From assembly GCF_032062105.1 (NCBI RefSeq), contig NW_026930195.1, positions 1 to 64,000 of the forward strand: a stretch of 64,000 nt of DNA. Direction: 5' to 3'. Both the position numbers and the translations under genes were made by a program. This DNA comes from Saccostrea cucullata. Its lineage: Eukaryota. The first letter of the stretch is position 1. Every line of letters starts with the position of its first letter. This document shows positions 23,976 to 34,546 of this stretch, piece after piece. The notes beneath the pieces are model-generated. The model saw only the letters and a program-made list of their open reading frames with translations. It searched no databases and was not told where the DNA came from.

Positions 23976-26900
23976 ATGGAAGGTGAAGGTTCACTTTTAA
24001 AGGAAATCTTAAATTGCTTTGAAAATGAAGAACTTTTGCAATTTTTTGCAAGCTTTCATGGCATTACAGGGGATCCAGATGTTGAACACCGTTTGGAAGA
24101 GCTACGTAGTAATGGAATCCCTCCTAGTGATTTAATAAAGTCATGTATGCATAAAGATGTAGAGGAAAATGGTATTTCATTGTGTAAAAAATTTAAATCA
24201 TGTGAGAGTGAAAGTTGCCACAATTCACTTCAAGTAGGAAGAGGTGAAAACAACTTTCCTTCCACTGATCATGTTAAACCATATTATATATGGAAAAAAG
24301 ACCAGAAAACTTTTAAAAAAAATTTGGCCAAAGACACAACATACAAAATAAAGTTTAATGACAAATGGCGTGGAGAAAAGTTACTAGACATTTACAGTAA
24401 ACTCCACGATATGTTTGATGATGTTTTACAGCAGGCTAGAGGTCACGATGCAGATTTAGGTCGTGTAGTCCTAAGTCACCCAGATTTAATAAACCCTATT
24501 GTAATACCCCTCCAAAGTTGGGAACATTTGAATGCAGACACTGTAATGAATGAGGTTACAAAAGTACTCAACTCAAATGAAGATATAAAAGTAGATGATA
24601 GCTTAATGGTTACAGTTGGATCTATTGATATGCCAAAAGGTGGGGCAAAATTACCAATAACAACATTACTCGGATCAAACAACTCGTTGGAGAGAAAGCA
24701 TTCTACTTTTCATGTTGAAAATGACAACAACAGTTGTCTTGCAATTGCAATTGGGATATGTTTTTTAAAACTATGTGAAAAACTTGACTCTATTAACTGG
24801 AAATCTTTTAAAGAACAGAATACTGGATTATCTAACCTTGAATTAATTATTAAACATCGAAAGGTTTCTCTGAAATTTTACGAGAACATGTTGTTAAAAA
24901 AACGTAAATCAGCTCAGAAAAAGATGGCAACGTTCCTTTGTAAGAAAGCAGGTGTACCCACAAATAGATATTTAGGTTTAAACGACATTCCTATGTTCGA
25001 AAAAATTTTGGATGTAAATATTTTGGTAGTTTCCTCTACTGTAGGTAACAAATTTGTGAGAGTGGTTGAAAATAATGAAAAATCAAATTTATATATATAT
25101 CATGTGGAAAATGGTAAAGAAAAACATTGGCATGGAATCGCAAATATACAAGGGTTTTTCAAAGCTGCATATTTCTGTACGAGGTGTTTAAAACCATATA
25201 AAAGTAGACAAAATCACGTATGCGAAACTACCTGCAATGTGTGTTTGCGGGATAGTTGCTTAGACAGAGGGGGGGCAATGAGTTGTCGTTCGTGTGGTCG
25301 AGTGTGTCGATCGATGGAATGTTTTAGAATTCATAAAAAGAAGAAAACGATCAGAGGTAAAGAGTACCCGAGTCAATGCGATTCTATTTATCAATGCAGA
25401 ACATGTAAAAAAACAATAAAAAATTTGGAAAGAATGCCTGAGAAGCATGTATGTGGTGAGTGGAAATGCACTACATGCTCTCAATACCAAACACATGAAC
25501 ACTTCTGCTTCCAAAGAGGAATGACTGTGGATTTGAAAAAAAGAAATAAAAAATTTATCTTTTATGATTTCGAAACTCGACAAGATGAAACCATACAATG
25601 TGAAAGGGGATTTCGACCATCACCAACAAGATGTAGGAAATGTGTTGGTCATGAATATCAATGTAGTGATTGTCGACTCTGTAAGAATTGCCGCGAACCC
25701 CCCTGCGGTCTCTCACAACATAAAGTAAATTTTGCAGTTTTACAAAAAACTTGTTATAAATGTGAGAATGTTCCACTAACACCCGAATCAACATGCGCTA
25801 ACTGTGGAACACGTTGTAAAAATTGTTCGAAGAGTGTGAAAAATTCGTTTGTAAACCCACCATGTGATAACAAATGCGGAAAACGAGAAATTGTGTTTGA
25901 GGGGGATGATACCGCAGAACAGTTTTGTTCTTATATCACACAAGAGCACAATGCCGGTTCAATTTTAATTGCCCATAATGCAAAAAGTTTTGATTTATAT
26001 CCTGTTTTGGAAGTTCTGATTGATCGTCACTCAATAAGACCTGATAAAATTATTTACAATGGTTCGAAAATTATGTATATGCACGTGGGAAGAAAACTTA
26101 ATTTAACATTTCTAGACTCATTGAATTTTCTGCCAATGAAATTGGCCAAAATACCTGAGACATTTGGATTAAATGAATTGTGCAAGGGGTATTTTCCTCA
26201 TTTGTTTAACACTCGTGAAAATCAAAATTATATTGGTTCTTATCCTGATCCCCTTTATTTCGGTGTTGAATCGATGCAAGCATCAGAGAGAAAAAGATTC
26301 ATGGAATGGTATGAAACCAAAAAAGAACATGAAATATTCAATTTTAAAAAGGAGATGTTGAAGTATTGTAGATCGGATGTTGACATTTTACGTCGTGGTT
26401 GTTTGGAATTTAGACGAATCATGATTAAGGTTACACAGAAAAAAACTGTGGACAGAAAAGACGACGGTACATTGAAAATATCAACAACTCTTGGTGTTGA
26501 TCCATTTGACCATGTTACAATTGCTAGTGTTTGTATGGCTATCTATAAAACTCTTTTTCTGGAGGAGGAAATCGAAATAGAAATTAAAATGTCTGACTCA
26601 ACCAATCCAATATCCAAATGGTATAAAGTTTTCACTGATGGGAATCAATCCAAATTCATAGAAATTGGGGATAGTAAATTTTCCTTGGATGTAATTAGTA
26701 AAGACCCTAACTTTCAAGTTGGTCAAACACGATTTCTTAAAAGCCCAATAGCAGCTGTTCCTTCTACTGGATATGTTGCTAGAGATAATTACAGTAAGAT
26801 TTCCATACAATGGCTAGAATGGGTTATGGAAAAAAGTCGTTTAAACGGCATACCCCTTCATATACGCCATGCACTTAATGGAGGAGAAGTTCACATACCA

Positions 26901-28666
26901 AGTACAAACTACAGATGTGATGGTTTTTCGGACTATACAAAAATACAAACAAAGAAAGGGACGATATACGAATTTTATGGTAAAGTATTTTACCTTATTT
27001 TGTTACATAATTGATAACATTAAATAATAATGAAATTATAAGTTTTCACTCATTTTTTTTTGTAGGTTGTGTATTTCATGGCTGTCCTAGCTGCTATCCA
27101 GATGATAGAAGCACCCTGAAACATTCATCGACAGGGCAATCAATGGAAGAATTATACACCATTACTAAGAAACGAGAAAAGGAATTAAGGGCATTAGGGT
27201 ACATTATAGTTTCAATTTGGGAGCATGACTTTTTGAAACAATTGAAAACGAACAAGGTTTTGAAAGAATACGTTGCAAATCTAGATATTCAAGATAGACT
27301 TAACCCTCGAGAAAGTTTCTTTGGAGGGCGCACAAACGCAATTAAACTTCATTACAAAGCAAAAGATGATGAAAAAATTCATTACTATGACTTTACCAGT
27401 CTGTATCCTTGGACTAACAAGTATAGTAAATATCCCATTGGACACCCCGAAATTTTAACAGACGACTTCAAAGACTTATCCCAGTATTTTGGATTAGCAA
27501 AAGTTAAAGTATTACCACCAAAAGGATTATATCATCCAGTCCTACCCTACAATTCAAATGGCAAGCTGAAGTTTCCTCTGTGTAAAAAGTGTGCAGATGA
27601 AGAAAACCAGGATACATGTACATGTTCTATTGACGAAAGGTGTATTATCGGAACGTGGTGTACCCCAGAATTAGAACTAGCAATTTCAAAGGGATATGAA
27701 GTTTTAAAAATTTATGAAATATACCATTTTAAGGATGCTACACAGTATGACAGATTTTCTGGTCAAGGCGGGCTCTTCTCTCCGTATGTTAACATGTTTC
27801 TTAAAATAAAGCAAGAGTCGTCTGGTTTTCCATCGGGATGCATTTCATTAGAAGATAAACTTGAATATATTCGTCAGTACGAAGAAAATGAGGGCATTCA
27901 ATTAGAATATCATAACGTAAAGAAAAATCCAGGTTTACGCTGTTTAGCAAAGTTATGCCTTAACAGTTTCTGGGGAAAATTTGGACAAAGATTGTTGATG
28001 CGACAGTCAGAATTTATTCACGAATCGGAAGCAGAAAAGTTTTTTAAACTTTTGTCTGACGTTCGAAAAAATGTGAATAATTTTCATATAATCTCAAATG
28101 ACACAGTGCAACTAGAATGGATAGAAGATCCCTTGTTTCCAGGAGTTGATAACAAGACCAACATTTTCTTGGCGTCGTTTACGACCATGTGGGCACGATT
28201 GAAATTATACAGTGTTCTGGACATACTTGGAGAAGATGTCTTATACTTTGACACAGATAGTATAATCTTTAAATCCAAAATTTCTGACGATCTTCGTCGA
28301 CTGCCCATTGGAAACTACCTAGGTGAACTTACGAATGAAATAAAACCCCAAGATGGATTTATCACAGAGTTTGTATCGGGTGGACCAAAAAACTACGCTT
28401 ACAGGACATTGTCAGGAAGAGAAGAATGTAAAGTTCGAGGATTTACCTTGAATTGGAAAAACTCGAAACTTATAAACTTTGATGCTATTAAAAGTATGAT
28501 TTGTACCGGACAAAACGACTCTGTGACAATTACGAACCCATGTAAGATATCCAGAGACAGTCGAAAAAGAAAACTTTTCAACCGAATCGAAGAGAAGAAA
28601 TACCAAATGGTTTATACCAAGCGTAAAATCTTAAGTAATCTGGACACACTTCCATATGGATATTAA
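23976..28666 (+). CDS. polB: Protein-primed family B DNA polymerase, join(23976..26979,27066..28666), 1534 aa
   Basis: Exonuclease motifs FYDFET, AHNAKSFD, YCRSDV; polymerase motifs YDFTSLYP, KLCLNSFWGKFG, YFDTDS. An 86-nt GT-AG intron restores YEFYG/CVFHGC. Confidence 0.95.
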
Positions 28667-28845
28667 CTATATACAAGTGATTAAGATAATCAATGTTTTA
28701 TTCAATAATTGATTAAAATAATGTTTCATTTCTTCACGCTTTTAAAATAAAAATATTGAACACACAATATCGTTTTCATTTATAAAAAATAAAAAAAAAA
28801 GAAAGAAGAGTTTTGTCGCATTCATTCATTGTAGAATTTAAACTG

Positions 28846-29151
28846 TCAGTATTTTATCCAATTAATACTTCTTATTCTGTCAATAGTACTAGTCCTCCTT
28901 CTTCTGGTGATTTCACGGATACCCGGTGGACATCCTTTGATTTGTTTTGGCGTAAATGTCTGTAATTTCTGCGTGCAAGTATCTTCCTCTTGATCATGTA
29001 TGTCAACATTTTCGTTTAAATCCATTTTATTCTCAGATGTATGTTTTAGAGAATCACATTCACTCATCTCTTTTTCCTGGCTATTATCTGTATCCAATTT
29101 GATAATTTTTTGGTACTTTTGTTTGGGGATAAGAATTAATTCCCTAGCCAT
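28846..29151 (-). CDS. Polinton hypothetical protein, 101 aa
   Basis: ATG ORF overlapping the upstream gene by 8 nt; acidic middle, Arg-rich end. Confidence 0.65.
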   Translation of the reverse strand: MARELILIPKQKYQKIIKLDTDNSQEKEMSECDSLKHTSENKMDLNENVDIHDQEEDTCTQKLQTFTPKQIKGCPPGIREITRRRRTSTIDRIRSINWIKY

Positions 29152-29473
29152 TTCGATCTAATCTATCAAAATATTTCACGACTGGATTTAAAATCCAGAC
29201 TAAAAGCTTAGGATTTTTTAACAAAATTGCACGTTTTCGTTTAGACGTTACTTCTTTTGAGCCAAGAAGACGAATGAATGAACTAAAAGGTTTCAAAATT
29301 TTTATGTATCTTCCGTGTAATGGAAAAGATCCTGTATATATGTTCATTGCTATTTCGCTAATAGCATGTAATTGCTGCTCTGTAAGTGTTTTGATAATTG
29401 CCCGCTGTTGATTGAGATCAGCACGAGTGAAAAATCTAAGAAATAATAATTCCCTCCGTATTTGTCGAGTCAT
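29144..29473 (-). CDS. Small basic helical Polinton protein, 109 aa
   Basis: AIIKTLTEQQLHAISEIAMNIYTG resembles the small conserved ORFs next to Polinton ATPases. Confidence 0.75.
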   Translation of the reverse strand: MTRQIRRELLFLRFFTRADLNQQRAIIKTLTEQQLHAISEIAMNIYTGSFPLHGRYIKILKPFSSFIRLLGSKEVTSKRKRAILLKNPKLLVWILNPVVKYFDRLDRNG

Positions 29474-29511
29474 TGTTCCGAAATACTAGATTTTCAAATT
29501 GTAAATCCTTT

Positions 29512-30195
29512 TTAAATAGGTTGATAAATTGTGACATCTTCATTAGGAAGTATATGTGATCTTAGCTGATAATTTTTATCCTGATTTGGTTCTAAGCAGA
29601 TATGTAAATATCCATATTTTTCACGCGTAGCAGATTCATATGCCGATTTAAAATAGATTGAATTTCCCGGAAAAAGTTGAGAACCTAATGTAATGACCTG
29701 ACGACAGTCTCTATAGTTCTTAAATAAAATTACATTGAGGCAGTTTAATGAAATCGTTCGAGCATATTTTCCTGGAGGATAAAGATTTTGAGTCAGAAAT
29801 ATTACACTGATATTACGATGATGGCTAGTAACAGTAAAAAGCTGTACACATTCCTTCGATTCTGCAATTTTTATCATAAGGTCATCCAAAACTAATATTG
29901 TATGATTCGATTCTTCTGAAAATAGCTCGATGTCTTCATTAGAAGGAAGGCCTTTGTGAAACGTTATTTCAGGTATAGTTTTTTTCATCTCATCAAAGAT
30001 TTCTTGATATTCAGAATATGCATAAACTATCTTTTGTGCTGGCCGTATAAACATTCCATATGCACATTCTAATAATTGCTTTGTAAAGTACGTTTTTCCA
30101 CTCTGAGTACTACCACTTATTAAGATGGTAGTTGGTACTGAAAATGGAATCAAAGCCTCTTTTTGCCACCAATTAACAGTAGATACCTGCTCCAT
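29512..30195 (-). CDS. FtsK/A32-like genome packaging ATPase
   Basis: Walker A GSTQSGKT, Walker B ILVLDD, SHHRNISVIFLTQN. Confidence 0.95.
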   Translation of the reverse strand: MEQVSTVNWWQKEALIPFSVPTTILISGSTQSGKTYFTKQLLECAYGMFIRPAQKIVYAYSEYQEIFDEMKKTIPEITFHKGLPSNEDIELFSEESNHTILVLDDLMIKIAESKECVQLFTVTSHHRNISVIFLTQNLYPPGKYARTISLNCLNVILFKNYRDCRQVITLGSQLFPGNSIYFKSAYESATREKYGYLHICLEPNQDKNYQLRSHILPNEDVTIYQPI

Positions 30196-30302
30196 GTTAC
30201 CACTAAAGCAGTAAATAATAAACTACAAATTATTTGTTCCGTCCATCTATTTTATTTAAAAAAAAGAAATTAATATTTCTACTAAACAGACTATATTATA
30301 AT

Positions 30303-30764
30303 TTACCTAAGATATCTGAGCATAAACTTATATACATACATGTCATTCATATGTAAATCATTCGTAAAACTAATGTACACATTTAAAAAAGACTTCTTGA
30401 AATACAATCTCATTATCAAAAAATATAACACATACAATCCACAAAAATCTGATCCTCTGGACTGAATCCTTTGTTTGTTAAAGGTTACTTTGCTACTATT
30501 CCTTTGCAAAAAACTTGCAATATCTCGATTTTGAGACGGAGATTGTCCAAGACTATCAAAATACTCAGCATCAGAAGCATTGCGAATAATGATGGCAACC
30601 CAGTGTTTACCCGGTAGCGGTAAAGGTTCAGTGTTAACAATAAAAGCACTTGGATATTGAGAAACCTTATTTGGTAAGGTATTACATGCAAACACACCCT
30701 GTACAAAATTATCAAAAAGATTATTATTATTTTTAATAATATTTTGCAACTGTAACGTATTCAT
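30303..30764 (-). CDS. Adenain-like (C5) cysteine maturation protease
   Basis: Catalytic motifs GKHWVA, YFDSLG and IQ....DFCGLY are intact. Confidence 0.95.
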   Translation of the reverse strand: MNTLQLQNIIKNNNNLFDNFVQGVFACNTLPNKVSQYPSAFIVNTEPLPLPGKHWVAIIIRNASDAEYFDSLGQSPSQNRDIASFLQRNSSKVTFNKQRIQSRGSDFCGLYVLYFLIMRLYFKKSFLNVYISFTNDLHMNDMYVYKFMLRYLR

Positions 30765-32077
30765 GGTTGAATGTAGTTGATATCACGAGCTTTGTTAATT
30801 TCAAGCAAGGCTGAGTAAGTTGAAAATACCACGGCGTTTAAGGCTTCTGTAGTAGCAGTCTTAAATTTCAGCTCTACTCTAGTATTTCCACGACGTATCA
30901 AGTTTATATACTCTTCTCCAAATCCACAAGGATTGATAGTAAACACGTAAAATGCATAACCTTTCCCAAAGTCTTCTCTGTCTATGTATAAGCCTGTATC
31001 TTTGTTCCACTTTCCACAAGGTTCAAATAATCGCGCATAGGCTGAAGCATAGTTTCCAGCTTCGAAGTCCAATTTTAATGGTCTACCGGGTATACTTTCA
31101 CCGTTAATATAAACACCCACATCTGTTATTGCATACGGTGCAAAATTGAATGGATTGGCTGAGTAGTCTCCATTAACAGCACTTTGAGACAATAGACCAA
31201 TTATTATACGATCAGGTACAGCCTGTGGGAATATATTGTCCCAGTAAAATTCCGTAGATCCTTTCGGTATGGTATTCATCTTCACTTCGTTTCTTGGTAA
31301 AATATATTTGGCTGGGGTAGATTCTATCTGTTTACTGTGATTGATTAATACTCCAGGATCAACTCTCACTTTTGCAACTTTATACACAACATCTAAAAGT
31401 TCTAGTTTGTAAGCAGGGGATGCCTCCGCAGACATGATAATAAATGGTATGCATGATCGGAATAATTTCATGTAAATATCTACACCATTGATAAGGTACT
31501 TATCAAGGTCAAATATATCTTCCATTAAGCTTCCTTCCATTTCAAAAACATTGCTTTTCTGTGTATAAGAATATCTTTCGACTAAGCCTGCATTTCCGCC
31601 ATTATATGCATTTGGATCTGCTAAATTCCCTTCGTCTTTTGTAAACAACTGCGATTGTTTCTGAGATAACAATTCATCTCGACCGCTAAATAATACGGTT
31701 TTCATATAAGCTTTCCAAGGGTAGTTGGTAGTATTCAGAGATATTAATTTGTTATTCAAATAAATATCCATCTGGGAGAAGATGCTTTGTAAAGGCAAAT
31801 TTATTATTCCGGTTTTTTCAGCCGCAGCCAAAGCTTGACCATCAGCTTTTATAATCCTAGCTTTAACATACAGTTTACTTTTCCTGAGATCAATATATTC
31901 AGCTCCTGCTCCAGACACAACAATTTCAATTGGAGTATCTGAGGCACTTATATTAGAAATCGGTCTTGCTTCCGTATAATAAACCTTTTCAACTGCAACC
32001 TGATTGGATGGGGAGGCAAAAAGGGAAAGTTCCATAGGCTGAGCAATCTCTTGGTTTTCACTGCTAAGGAATGACAT
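30761..32077 (-). CDS. Double jelly-roll major capsid protein (PY/hexon-like)
   Basis: 438 aa, beta-rich; ELSLF..P..Q, EYIDL..S.LY, P..IIIGL, NPFNF and FGKGYAFY.F motifs typical of Polinton MCP. Confidence 0.9.
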   Translation of the reverse strand: MSFLSSENQEIAQPMELSLFASPSNQVAVEKVYYTEARPISNISASDTPIEIVVSGAGAEYIDLRKSKLYVKARIIKADGQALAAAEKTGIINLPLQSIFSQMDIYLNNKLISLNTTNYPWKAYMKTVLFSGRDELLSQKQSQLFTKDEGNLADPNAYNGGNAGLVERYSYTQKSNVFEMEGSLMEDIFDLDKYLINGVDIYMKLFRSCIPFIIMSAEASPAYKLELLDVVYKVAKVRVDPGVLINHSKQIESTPAKYILPRNEVKMNTIPKGSTEFYWDNIFPQAVPDRIIIGLLSQSAVNGDYSANPFNFAPYAITDVGVYINGESIPGRPLKLDFEAGNYASAYARLFEPCGKWNKDTGLYIDREDFGKGYAFYVFTINPCGFGEEYINLIRRGNTRVELKFKTATTEALNAVVFSTYSALLEINKARDINYIQP

Positions 32078-32089
32078 TTTTTTTCTAAA

Positions 32090-32626
32090 TTATTTTTTGA
32101 AGATGGTCCTGAAACTGTCAATTTTAAATTCCCTCTTTTTTGAAGTTGTATTTTTTCTTTTTAATTTTCCAACATTAGTTATTTTCTTTTTCTTCGTTAT
32201 TTCCTTCTTTTTCGGTGATTTTTTCCGATTCAATCTTAAAGTCTTGATTTGCTTAATGTAAGTTTGCTGTGATTTTTTCAAAGGTACGCTCTTCTTGGTC
32301 TTCTTTATTGAAGTGAAATTGATATCACCGAGGTGCCTTTTTATACCCTTTTCCAATTCAACATGTGGATTTCCCTCTTGAACATCCTTTTCATGTTCTG
32401 AGATAGCTCGTTCTTCGACGGAAGCTAAAGGAGTTACCAGCTTAGTTGTTTCAGGGTTTTCAAACTGTGCATGTGGCTTTACAGGAATTGAATACGACTT
32501 CTTAATATTACTACCTCTCCCTGTCTGTTTTGGTTTGTACATATAAGGATTGAATTTCTTTTCAGCCATATTTTTATAGAAAGTCTCCCAAAGTTTAGGA
32601 TCGCTTACGTATGTTTGACTATTCAT
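32090..32626 (-). CDS. Lys-rich putative core/DNA-condensing protein
   Basis: Very basic C-terminal half; N-terminal W..FY..M...QTGRG motif; lies between the two capsid genes. Confidence 0.75.
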   Translation of the reverse strand: MNSQTYVSDPKLWETFYKNMAEKKFNPYMYKPKQTGRGSNIKKSYSIPVKPHAQFENPETTKLVTPLASVEERAISEHEKDVQEGNPHVELEKGIKRHLGDINFTSIKKTKKSVPLKKSQQTYIKQIKTLRLNRKKSPKKKEITKKKKITNVGKLKRKNTTSKKREFKIDSFRTIFKK

Positions 32627-33051
32627 TATAAAACAAATGGAATTTTTTTCAGGTGAAGCGTTATGGTCACTGGAGCGTCAAAAAAAGAAATGAGATTTCC
32701 AGCTCTGTCAGTGAGTTTTATACTAATTTGCTGAATTTGGGTATTTTTTATAGGTACATAATATGGTGAAGTATATATAATATTATCTTCTTTTCTATCT
32801 CCCAGGAAAATTCTTCTTAATAATTGCATTTCATTACCTCCTATAAATGTTTCCTCACAAATGTCACAACAAACATATATTTCTGATTTCTTTTGAGATG
32901 GAATCCAGCTTTTTGTAGAAAATTCAGTTAAACCTATCACCCAATAGCCATCAAATTGTATCTGCTTATTAAATTGAGCCCTAAAGCACTGAGGCCTATT
33001 ATCAAAATATTCTGTACTGTCTGTTGATGCTAACACCATCCGTAGACTCAT
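32626..33051 (-). CDS. Single jelly-roll minor capsid protein (PX/penton-like)
   Basis: S..YF.N....F, GYWVIGLTE, IYVCCDI, LLRRI, YVP, I.I.LTD..G and TLHLK motifs. Confidence 0.85.
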   Translation of the reverse strand: MSLRMVLASTDSTEYFDNRPQCFRAQFNKQIQFDGYWVIGLTEFSTKSWIPSQKKSEIYVCCDICEETFIGGNEMQLLRRIFLGDRKEDNIIYTSPYYVPIKNTQIQQISIKLTDRAGNLISFFDAPVTITLHLKKIPFVL

Positions 33052-33093
33052 GTTGAATGGAAGAAATCCATTTGAACACTTTAATTTATTTAT

Positions 33094-34218
33094 TTATTTA
33101 TAATTTTCAATTGATCTCTCAGGTAACCAAGAGTTAAACTTCTTTGGCCACCCTTCCCATTTAACCAAGACCTCAGTCTGCCCGTTTCTTTTCCTTTTTT
33201 GAAGCACTTTTTCTATGCGATAGAGAATATCGTCAGGTTTTTGAATTTTTTGCAGCTCATACTGATAAAATGTTCCCTGGATTGGGTCATCCATAAGATC
33301 ATTCAGCTTATAAATAGGTATTTTCCCTCGCAAATAACGTTTCACCACTTTGAAATATTCCTCTGACCATTTTTGCTGATAGTCTCTTTGAAATGCACGT
33401 TTCAGTTGTGTCATTCTTACATTATCACCTATTTTGAATTTAAATATTGTTTGTTTTTTCTTTCCTTTGCGCTTTGGATCATTATTTTGTTTTCCTTGTG
33501 CTAAATACACAGATAATCTAGTTTCGTCTGCATTTTCGGGTTTTACGGAGGCTGGACTTAGTCCACCGAGAGATCTGTGGGGTCGTTCATTGTAACTTTC
33601 TACAAGTTTTTGTAAAATTTCTACGTATCGATAGGTTTGGTTTTTAAAAAAATACCGATACATCATATTTTTTATTGTTCGTATTACTCTCTCCGCATAA
33701 TTAGCTTTTGTTTCATTTTGAGTATATATTATATTCACATTTTCTTTCACTAGATATGACTTGACCCATCGATTCTTAAACTCACTTCCCTTGTCACTTC
33801 TTAGAACTTGGGGTTTTCGACCATATTTAAATATTTTCTTCAACCCATCTATGATATTTTGATGATGTTTTGATTTCAATGGAATAATGAATAAAAATCT
33901 ACTAAATATATCAATTAAAACTAGTAAGAATCTAAATCCATCGTTTTCTGACGCAATGTTGCCAACATCGGCCAAATCACCATCCCACATAGAATCGATA
34001 GTGTCGACAATAACTTTTGAACGATGAAATTTCCTTCTGATTGGTTTAAACAAACTGTATGCGTCTTCATTATTGAGAAACTGTTTGATTTTTCCTCTAC
34101 CGAGTTTATATTTTCCTTCCTTCTTAACAATTTGATACAGTTTGTCCGGCCCTGAAAAAGCAGCAGGACTACCAGGATGAAAATATATTTTCTTTAGGTA
34201 GTCTTTATAGGTTGACAT
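33094..34218 (-). CDS. Retroviral-like (rve) integrase with C-terminal chromodomain
   Basis: DDE triad GDLAD / RSDKGSEF / AERVIRT; chromodomain YRIEKVL...VLVKWEGWPKKFNSW. Confidence 0.95.
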   Translation of the reverse strand: MSTYKDYLKKIYFHPGSPAAFSGPDKLYQIVKKEGKYKLGRGKIKQFLNNEDAYSLFKPIRRKFHRSKVIVDTIDSMWDGDLADVGNIASENDGFRFLLVLIDIFSRFLFIIPLKSKHHQNIIDGLKKIFKYGRKPQVLRSDKGSEFKNRWVKSYLVKENVNIIYTQNETKANYAERVIRTIKNMMYRYFFKNQTYRYVEILQKLVESYNERPHRSLGGLSPASVKPENADETRLSVYLAQGKQNNDPKRKGKKKQTIFKFKIGDNVRMTQLKRAFQRDYQQKWSEEYFKVVKRYLRGKIPIYKLNDLMDDPIQGTFYQYELQKIQKPDDILYRIEKVLQKRKRNGQTEVLVKWEGWPKKFNSWLPERSIENYK

Positions 34219-34546
34219 ATCTTTTCAAGTGTGTAATATGTTTGATATATTGCTCATTTTATATCATTTTTTTAGCAACAAAAAAAAAAAAAAAACAAAA
34301 CAAAACAAAATAAACCTTACATTCATTTTATTTTTAAAAGATCGCATATTCTCAAACATGTAATGAATAAAATATATTTTAAAAGATTTAATTTTTTTTA
34401 AATATATTTTTAATTATGCATACATAAATATGATTTAATATTGTATAGATTAAAATCAAATACAAAATACAAAGTGTGCAAAAGATATACATATAAAATA
34501 TTATCTCTCTATATATAAATTGTCATTCCGATAGAAATGTCACTTT

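Noticed and set aside
26980-27065. Apparent frameshift pseudogenising polB
   Set aside because: Explained by a canonical GT-AG intron that restores a conserved motif in frame.
24476-28606. Small ORFs antisense to or out of frame within polB
   Set aside because: Shadow frames with no motifs.
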